From Candidatus Micrarchaeaceae archaeon (GTDB taxonomy: Archaea > Micrarchaeota > Micrarchaeia > Micrarchaeales > CABMGC01), in the NCBI GenBank assembly GCA_038877255.1, contig JAVYWZ010000011.1:1-24725 (forward strand): a stretch of DNA of 24,725 bases, read 5' to 3'. The position numbers were made by a program, and so were the translations under genes. The notes under the pieces were generated by a model. It saw only the letters and a program-made list of their open reading frames with translations. It searched no databases and was not told the origin of the DNA. Numbering within the stretch: the first letter of the stretch is position 1; each line of letters begins with the position of its first letter. Shown here in pieces: positions 1 through 5,865 of the stretch.

Positions 1-357
1 CCAGCCATTTGCATGCTGAGCCTCATCTATTACCACAACTCTTGGGCCTTTTGGATCTATCGCTGTCATATAGGCATCCAATGCGTCCATAAGTGTGCTA
101 CTATCGAGATTAGCCGGCAGGCGCGGATCTTCCAAATTCACTATAAGTGCCTCTTTTCCCATGTTTTTATCCGCCAAGTACTTTAGTATTAAACTTGACT
201 TGCCAGACCTCCTCACTCCCTTTACTATCGCTATAATGCCTGCGCCAAGATTTTTTCCTAGCTTATCTTCGTACTTGCTTCTTTTCAGCAGCTTCTTTTT
301 GAAGCTGCCCCAGTAGTTGTAGTCGCTCAGTATCTCAAGCAAAATTCGGCGTTCCAT
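1..357 (-). CDS. AAA+ ATP-binding protein (AAA_14/DUF4143-type archaeal ATPase), N-terminal part, runs off window start
   Basis: Not in ORF track. Manual translation from ATG at 357: MERRILLEILSDYNYWGSF...IVKGVRRSGKSS (Walker A)...VNLEDPRL...VVVIDEAQHANGW (Walker B, DEAQ). Confidence 0.85.
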   Translation of the reverse strand, partial: MERRILLEILSDYNYWGSFKKKLLKRSKYEDKLGKNLGAGIIAIVKGVRRSGKSSLILKYLADKNMGKEALIVNLEDPRLPANLDSSTLMDALDAYMTAIDPKGPRVVVIDEAQHANGW

Positions 358-384
358 GTTATTAGTATGCAAGCAAGGATATAT

Positions 385-434
385 AAAAGTGACTGATGTA
401 CAATTCATATATGTTAAAAAGTGACTGATTTACA
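385..434. repeat. 18-bp direct repeat AAAAGTGACTGAT(G/T)TACA x2 in the ATPase promoter region
   Basis: Copies at 385-402 and 417-434, one mismatch, 32-bp period, adjacent to a TATA-like stretch at about 380-388. Confidence 0.75.
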
Positions 435-567
435 TATAGATTCTTGCTGCCTTTGAGCATAAATGCAAGGAGCTTTGCCAGAAGCAGGCCAACGACGCCA
501 GCGCTACTATCCATGCCATTCCATTGCATCAGAAATATTAAGAAGCCGCCAATATATAAAAATGAAG

Positions 568-2148
568 CTAAGAAACAGAGCCGAAGCTGACGCTTGGCAT
601 TACGCCATTTGGTGGGTAGGCACGGGTGCGGACATATTGGATAAACTGCGAATTGCCTGTTGTAGTTGAATATGTATAAAATCCAATATAGCCAGATGTT
701 AATGCTGTTGTGGAAGCTGTTAGCTTATTTCCATTATCTATTGCTGTAAGCCCTGTTGCGTTTTGCTGGAAGCTTTCCATAGAAGTGTAGGGGTAGGTTA
801 TAGCTGATGGAGTTGATGATGCTAATAAAGTGCTACCTTCATAAATGTTATAATAAGGACCATGATTACTAAGTCTAAACATATAGTTTGTTCCGCCTGG
901 TTGTCCCCCTGTATTCTGCCCTACGATTGTGTTGCTGTCTATTACAAGCCCTTCTTGAAAGTTGCTTGAACCACCTGCATTTTGTGCTGTAACTAAACTT
1001 TCAAATATGAAAGGCGTTGTTTCCTGCTGGTTAATCATAGTGTAAAAAGTATCACCGACAGTAGATACAGCTAATTGCAGCCCGTTATTCTGTGTTGCTG
1101 TTATACCGCTTGCAGTAGAAATTAGGGGAGATAGCGTTGTGCCTGCGAAGTTATTATAAAATGAGAACACGCTTGCCCCGTCGTCGTATTGGGCGTAAGT
1201 GCTTGAGAGCTGCGGGGCTTCCCCTATTCCTGTCGTGCCTGAGCTTGAGAGCAGGTTTGTGGTCTTTGAGGCAAAACCCAAGTAAACGGTGATGGCGTTT
1301 GCCGATCCTGGATTGATCCCGCTTGCAAGATTGAGCCATGCTGTTATTGTTCCTGAGCTGTTGCTCTCTATCCATGCAGGTATTATTGCTCCTGATGACG
1401 TGAAAAACTCAAAGTTTGCGATGTTGCCGTTGTATGTAAGGTAATTTTGATACGTAGATTCTGGAAACTGCACCATCTGCTGGAAAGGCGCTGGCGTTGC
1501 TGTGGTCTGTGAATTCGTAAGTGTTATTGGCACATAACTTTGTATGCCTGATGGCACAGTGACAGGTGCTTGTTGCAGTGTCAAAACTGCTGTGCTCGTC
1601 ACTTTTGTGGTAATGGTCGCTACCTCTGTCGTGGACTGTGTGCCGTATACATTCGTATAGGTCAAGTATATGTACCCAGTAATGGGCGTGCCAAGCGCAT
1701 AAGAAGATGGAAACGGCGCGATTGTAGGAAGTTGCAGTGTTACTGTATACTCCTCTCCAGAAGTTAGCGTGCCTATTACAGCAGAAGCGCCTTGCGAGAG
1801 ATTCGCACCAAACGGCACAAAAAGCACTTTTGTATTAGTAAAAGTTGTTCCTGTTGCTTGGCCTATTGTCAATTGAAGCCCGCCGCTTGTTGAAAGCGTC
1901 ACTCCTGCGCAGTAGAAGCCGCTCTGCGCTATGCAAGAACTGCCAATAAATGACGATGCACTGAATAAACCAAGGCTGAACAACGCACCGAGCACTACTG
2001 CGATTATGAGTATGGCCCAGCCGTAGGTCATCAGGTACTCCATCGCACTCTGCGCTTTTACTGACTTATTTGTCTTTGCGCTTTTCTGCGAAACCCTACG
2101 CGTTTTATCAGATAGCGCATTTGCCTCTGTTAATGCGTTTTCCGGCAT
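568..2148 (-). CDS. Class III signal peptide (type IV pilin-like) surface protein with DUF2341-like C-terminal region
   Basis: KAQ/SAMEYLMTYGWAILIIAVVLGALFSLG prepilin cleavage motif and hydrophobic helix; S/T/G/N-rich beta-type body; YVPITLTNSQ...PAPFQQMV...GEAPQLS...RTRAYPPNGVMPSV blocks. Start taken at ATG 2148 (ORF track extends to 2199). Confidence 0.8.
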   Translation of the reverse strand: MPENALTEANALSDKTRRVSQKSAKTNKSVKAQSAMEYLMTYGWAILIIAVVLGALFSLGLFSASSFIGSSCIAQSGFYCAGVTLSTSGGLQLTIGQATGTTFTNTKVLFVPFGANLSQGASAVIGTLTSGEEYTVTLQLPTIAPFPSSYALGTPITGYIYLTYTNVYGTQSTTEVATITTKVTSTAVLTLQQAPVTVPSGIQSYVPITLTNSQTTATPAPFQQMVQFPESTYQNYLTYNGNIANFEFFTSSGAIIPAWIESNSSGTITAWLNLASGINPGSANAITVYLGFASKTTNLLSSSGTTGIGEAPQLSSTYAQYDDGASVFSFYNNFAGTTLSPLISTASGITATQNNGLQLAVSTVGDTFYTMINQQETTPFIFESLVTAQNAGGSSNFQEGLVIDSNTIVGQNTGGQPGGTNYMFRLSNHGPYYNIYEGSTLLASSTPSAITYPYTSMESFQQNATGLTAIDNGNKLTASTTALTSGYIGFYTYSTTTGNSQFIQYVRTRAYPPNGVMPSVSFGSVS

Positions 2149-2310
2149 CGTACCTGGCACTATAATAGAAGATAAAAAATAAAAATGGCATGTTTTCATA
2201 GGTTGTTGACTTTTACATCAGCACGCATTTCGCCTTTTTGTTTTTTTATTACACTACGCAATAATTATCTCGCACATCTAATCCAATACGCACCGAAGAT
2301 ACGGCTCTTT

Positions 2311-2324
2311 GCCATAATTATGGC
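2311..2324. promoter_or_regulatory. Perfect 14-bp palindrome GCCATAATTATGGC, candidate transcription-factor site
   Basis: Self-complementary 14-mer in the roughly 480-bp intergenic region upstream of the pilin-like gene. Confidence 0.3.
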
Positions 2325-2630
2325 CGTGACTATAATCTCTATTGTTCTATTTTGCTATGTGCATTGTTGCCGCAGAAGAGAGAAGGCAATTCTGTTGTAG
2401 TAATTTAATTTTCTCGAAGAATACGCATTTAAAAATTCAACATGCTTTTACTTTTGTTTGTTGTATTCTTTGCATCTACTTTTATCACTTTACCTCATCG
2501 AGGTCTTTTGATTGCAGTGTGACCATCTTATTTGCCTATTTGCTTATTCTTCTTGCGGTTTTCGCATTATCGCAATTTTTCTTATTTGAAGAATTTTGGT
2601 TTCTCTGAGCCTATATTTCAGCTATCTTCG

Positions 2631-3608
2631 TTATTTCTTGCTTTCTTCTTTCATTTTTGCGAGCATAAGTATGCGCTTGTATGTCGGCGGGTGCGTTGTC
2701 AGTATTGAGCCGAAGAATGAGAAAGGATCTGTGCGTTCATGCGCGAGCGCCATTCTAAAGCGCTCTATGTTTAGGTCTGGAAATGCTTTCTTTATTTCTT
2801 TCATATACTGCTCCATACCCTTAACATCTTTTGCCGCTGATATAGAATCGGCGATGTAAAAAGAGCGCGCGACTGCACTTGTGCTGGGCTTTGTGTTTGA
2901 AAGCGAATAGGTTATCTTTGCAAGTGCGCTGGCTAGATCTCCAGGCTTCTTAGTCGCATCAGCAGAGTAAGAATCTGCATAGAGCTCTCTAGTTCTTGAA
3001 AGTGCAAGCATCAGCAATTCAGAGAGAAAGTAAGCTACAAAAGCGAATATGCCTATAAGTGCGGCGTATGCGCCTGTATTCCTGCTGTTGCCTATGCCGC
3101 CAAAGAGCGATGATATGGCAACAAAATACGCAATCATAGGTATGAACGCCACAAAGGTCATCACCACAACATCGTTATGCTTCAAATGGCCTATTTCATG
3201 TGCAAGTACTGCATAAAGTTCATCATCAGTAACCATACTGAGAAGACCTTGGTGCACCACGAGCGTTGCACTCTTCCTGCTCCTGCCAAACACGAACGCG
3301 TTGGGCTCTTTTGAAGGGCTTATTGCTATTCTTGGCATAGGCACTTTTGCCTGCGACGCAAGAACATAAACCATGTTATAAAGCTTCGGCTGCTCTTCTT
3401 TTGTAACGTATTTAAGATGTGATATATGACTTAGAAGCGCCGGCGACACATACCACTGCATAATGAAGAATAACACTGCAAAGACAGCTATTCCTAAGAA
3501 TGAAACGCCTAGAGCGCCGAGCAGCACCACAAGTATGGCAAAGGCAACTGCTATTACTAGGAAAAGCGTAATGTACATGCGGAGCCTTAGCTCAGCAACT
3601 TCAGACAT
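2631..3608 (-). CDS. htpX: Membrane zinc metalloprotease HtpX (peptidase M48)
   Basis: N-terminal TM helices, PNAFVFG, HEIGH zinc motif, SRTRELYAD, THPP motif; GAGGTGA SD upstream. Confidence 0.93.
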   Translation of the reverse strand: MSEVAELRLRMYITLFLVIAVAFAILVVLLGALGVSFLGIAVFAVLFFIMQWYVSPALLSHISHLKYVTKEEQPKLYNMVYVLASQAKVPMPRIAISPSKEPNAFVFGRSRKSATLVVHQGLLSMVTDDELYAVLAHEIGHLKHNDVVVMTFVAFIPMIAYFVAISSLFGGIGNSRNTGAYAALIGIFAFVAYFLSELLMLALSRTRELYADSYSADATKKPGDLASALAKITYSLSNTKPSTSAVARSFYIADSISAAKDVKGMEQYMKEIKKAFPDLNIERFRMALAHERTDPFSFFGSILTTHPPTYKRILMLAKMKEESKK

Positions 3609-3693
3609 GCAATCACCTCAACAATACATATGTTGCTTAAATTTATTAGGCTTAGTAAGAAACGATTGTGAAGAAATGCGATGAAAATGCGTA

Positions 3694-4080
3694 TCATGGT
3701 TTAAGCAAAACAATATGCAAAGGCTCTATTTTTAATACGACCCTGTTGCCATGCTGTCTGTAGTTCATGCCTATGTATTTTTGCGCAAGCTTGTCTATAT
3801 GCTCCTCGGCGCCTTCTTTTATAACTTCTACCACCTTTCCCCTGATGAAAAGGGCGTCGTAAGGATCGTTCATATCAAACACACTAATTGCTACGCGCGG
3901 GTCTCTAACTACATTTTTATACTTCACCCTGTCGTTTGTTGTATTTATCAATATGTAATCGCCATCTCTGTCCACCCACGTGACTGCTATGTGTGGCGAA
4001 CCGTCGCGCATAAGCGTAGCTATATTTGCAAAATTTTTGCCATCAATGAGCTTCTTTGCTTTGTCAGGTAGCGCCATCAT
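3694..4080 (-). CDS. PPOX-class (pyridoxamine 5'-phosphate oxidase-like) F420/FMN-binding split-barrel oxidoreductase
   Basis: ATLMRDGSPH...W...K.KNVVRDPRVAISV...HIDKLAQKY...RVVLKIEP pattern. Start at ATG 4080 or 4077 after AGGTAA; own TATA-like TTATAAA about 45 bp upstream. Confidence 0.85.
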   Translation of the reverse strand: MMALPDKAKKLIDGKNFANIATLMRDGSPHIAVTWVDRDGDYILINTTNDRVKYKNVVRDPRVAISVFDMNDPYDALFIRGKVVEVIKEGAEEHIDKLAQKYIGMNYRQHGNRVVLKIEPLHIVLLKP

Positions 4081-4169
4081 GATATTACCTACACTGTATA
4101 GCATATTTAGTAGAAAAATTTATAATGCAACTGCTAACCGATTTTGTATATGCAAAAGCAAAGTAACAA

Positions 4170-4244
4170 GTTTCATCGGGCGGCTTTCGCCGCCCGCAGC
4201 AGCTTTCGCTGCCCATTTCTGGGTGATGCCGGCCTTCCCGGCAA
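4170..4244 (-). ncRNA. Candidate novel structured small RNA (about 75-90 nt)
   Basis: Minus strand reads GCCGG-GAAGG-CCGGC, CAUC-A-[CCCA-GAAA-UGGG][CAGC-GAAA-GCUG]CUGC[GGGCGGC-GAAA-GCCGCCC]-GAUG, i.e. three GAAA tetraloops closed by CAUC/GAUG. TATAAAT at 4269-4263 lies about 27 nt upstream of G4242, and a U-rich tract follows. Confidence 0.7.
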
Positions 4245-4262
4245 TACTATTAGAGTATTAAG

Positions 4263-4309
4263 ATTTATATTCTTTTACTTTGCTACAAGAAACATAGCAA
4301 GATATAAAT
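4263..4309. promoter_or_regulatory. Back-to-back TATA boxes with central inverted repeat TTGCTA-N9-TAGCAA
   Basis: TATAAAT on minus (4269-4263) and on plus (4303-4309), each preceded by purine-rich BRE-like bases; inverted repeat arms 4280-4285 and 4295-4300. Confidence 0.6.
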
Positions 4310-4399
4310 ATTTTACTAAAGTAAAATAATCAGGAAAAGCGAAGCCAGCGCTATACAAAATGGCCAGCAGCAATTGCTGTTCTATTTCTGGGTGATACC

Positions 4400-4729
4400 G
4401 TGGAAGAACAACGTAAACGCGAGCTGAAAGAAGCTTTGTTAGGCAGGCAGGCACAGTTGGACAACGAACAGGAATTTATACAAGAAGAACTTGAAGAAAG
4501 CCAGCAAACAGTTGAAAGTGAAGAAGCGAAAAACCACTACGCAAGCGAAAAAGAAGAATTGCTTGACATTGCTAAAAACACAGAGCGGCTAAGGGCAAAA
4601 AACGAGAAAAGGAATGTGGAGAAGGTAGTGCACAGTTACCTATACAGAAAAACCGGCCCAAAGACATGGTATGAAATAGTGGTATATACGAATGCAAGAG
4701 GAGCAGTCTGCCAGGTAATAAAGCATTGA
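4400..4729 (+). CDS. Hypothetical 109-aa protein, acidic coiled-coil N-terminus and basic/aromatic C-terminal beta-rich segment
   Basis: GTG start 4 nt after GGGTGA SD, own TATA box, downstream hairpin; E/Q/K-rich helical sequence. No family recognised. Confidence 0.7.
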   Translation: MEEQRKRELKEALLGRQAQLDNEQEFIQEELEESQQTVESEEAKNHYASEKEELLDIAKNTERLRAKNEKRNVEKVVHSYLYRKTGPKTWYEIVVYTNARGAVCQVIKH

Positions 4730-4731
4730 TT

Positions 4732-4751
4732 GAGGCGGCGCATGCCGCCTC
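4732..4751. terminator. GC-rich hairpin GAGGCGGC-GCAT-GCCGCCTC between convergent genes
   Basis: 8-bp perfect stem 2 nt after the stop codon of 4400-4729 and just before the end of the convergent transcarbamylase gene. Confidence 0.55.
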
Positions 4752-4783
4752 TCGGCTCGCACTTCCACGGTATTATGCTCGTT

Positions 4784-5797
4784 TCAGGCAAGCAGCGCGA
4801 GCAGCGCAGCCCTTACATAAAGCAGGTTTTCTGCCTGGTCGTATATCACGCTGCGGGCACTATCCATAACTTCATTATCTGCCTCTTGGCCACGGAACAC
4901 TGGAAGCACGTGCGTTATTATCGCATTACTGCTCATTCTGTCTACAAGCTTCTGGGTGAGGCGCCAATCCTTGTATTGCTCATGAAGCTTTACTTCGTTG
5001 TCGGAGCCGAACCTGTTCATGCCCGAAGTCACACATGCATGGCTGGCCCAGCTCCTTGGAAATACTACATCAGCGCCATCTAACGCTGAGCCCATGTCGT
5101 GCATTATTTCGAGCTCTGTTCCGGCTGCTTCTGCATTGGCCCTTGCCTGATCAACAATCCTTTCATCAAGATCGAAGCCTTGAGGGTAAGCCAAAACGAC
5201 ATGCATACCAAACTTGCTTGCAATTAGCATCTCGTCTTGCACGCTGCCCCAGCTCCTTACATGATTGCTGTAGGCCCAGCTTATCACATATTTTTTGTTC
5301 TTGTAATTGCCTTGCAGTTTTTCGTCGATAGTAAGCATGTCCGCAATTGCTTGCGTAGGATGGTACATATCGTCTGCCATGTTAATGACAGGAATATTGG
5401 CGTGCTTTGCGTACTCGCGTATCAACGCATCTCCAGCCCCATAAACATAATCAACTGCTTCTTCGAGAATGCGTATGCCGAGCACGTGGCCCAAACGCTC
5501 ATACATGTGCGCAGTATCTGCAATGCTCTCGCCTTCAGAGCCGCGCGTAGTCTTGAAATCTATGAATTGGGCATGGCCGCCAAGAAGCGTTGCCGCAGAT
5601 TCGAAGCTTGATCTTGTTCTCGTACTCGTATTGTAAAAGAGCATGAACATTGTCTTGTTCTTGAAAAGCTCAGGCACATTGCCAAGGTATTTCATGCGCT
5701 TTATCTCCTTTGCAGATTCTATTACAAATTTGAGCTCTTCAAGGCTCCAATCCTGAGTTGAAATAAGATCCTTTCCAGAAATGTTTATTGCGGACAT
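4784..5797 (-). CDS. Transcarbamylase (OTCase/ATCase superfamily), resembling the knotted YgeW/ArgF'-like group; substrate uncertain
   Basis: STRTRSSFE carbamoyl-phosphate motif, HPTQAIAD, ISWAYS, ADVVFPRSW, HVLP (HCLP equivalent). Start at ATG 5797. Confidence 0.85.
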   Translation of the reverse strand: MSAINISGKDLISTQDWSLEELKFVIESAKEIKRMKYLGNVPELFKNKTMFMLFYNTSTRTRSSFESAATLLGGHAQFIDFKTTRGSEGESIADTAHMYERLGHVLGIRILEEAVDYVYGAGDALIREYAKHANIPVINMADDMYHPTQAIADMLTIDEKLQGNYKNKKYVISWAYSNHVRSWGSVQDEMLIASKFGMHVVLAYPQGFDLDERIVDQARANAEAAGTELEIMHDMGSALDGADVVFPRSWASHACVTSGMNRFGSDNEVKLHEQYKDWRLTQKLVDRMSSNAIITHVLPVFRGQEADNEVMDSARSVIYDQAENLLYVRAALLALLA

Positions 5798-5865
5798 TTT
5801 GTCACAGAAATAATTGCACAATAAGCAATAAGATTCTTGCAGCTGGCTCGTTTTTGGGTGGTATT

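Noticed and set aside
385..434. Mini CRISPR array
   Set aside because: Only two 18-bp units with a 14-bp spacer, and no cas genes in the window.
568..1155. Diversity-generating retroelement target
   Set aside because: I saw no reverse transcriptase and no template/variable repeat pair in the window; it cannot be excluded in trans.
2185..2859. Plus-strand ORFs 2185-2400, 2342-2608 and 2596-2859 as small membrane proteins
   Set aside because: Their hydrophobicity reflects T-rich DNA; they have no SD, overlap one another, and one is antisense to htpX.
4170..4244. tRNA, SRP RNA, RNase P RNA, hammerhead or HDV-like ribozyme
   Set aside because: No TTC-containing T loop or 7-bp acceptor stem, no SRP helix-8 internal loop, no GAGGAAAGUCC-like region and no CUGANGA. 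The GGCCGGCAU start resembles HDV, but no downstream P1 partner exists.
5788..5865. Overlap between the HerA-like and transcarbamylase ORFs
   Set aside because: Artefact of longest-ORF starts; better starts (5797 minus, 5866 plus with SD) leave a normal divergent gap.
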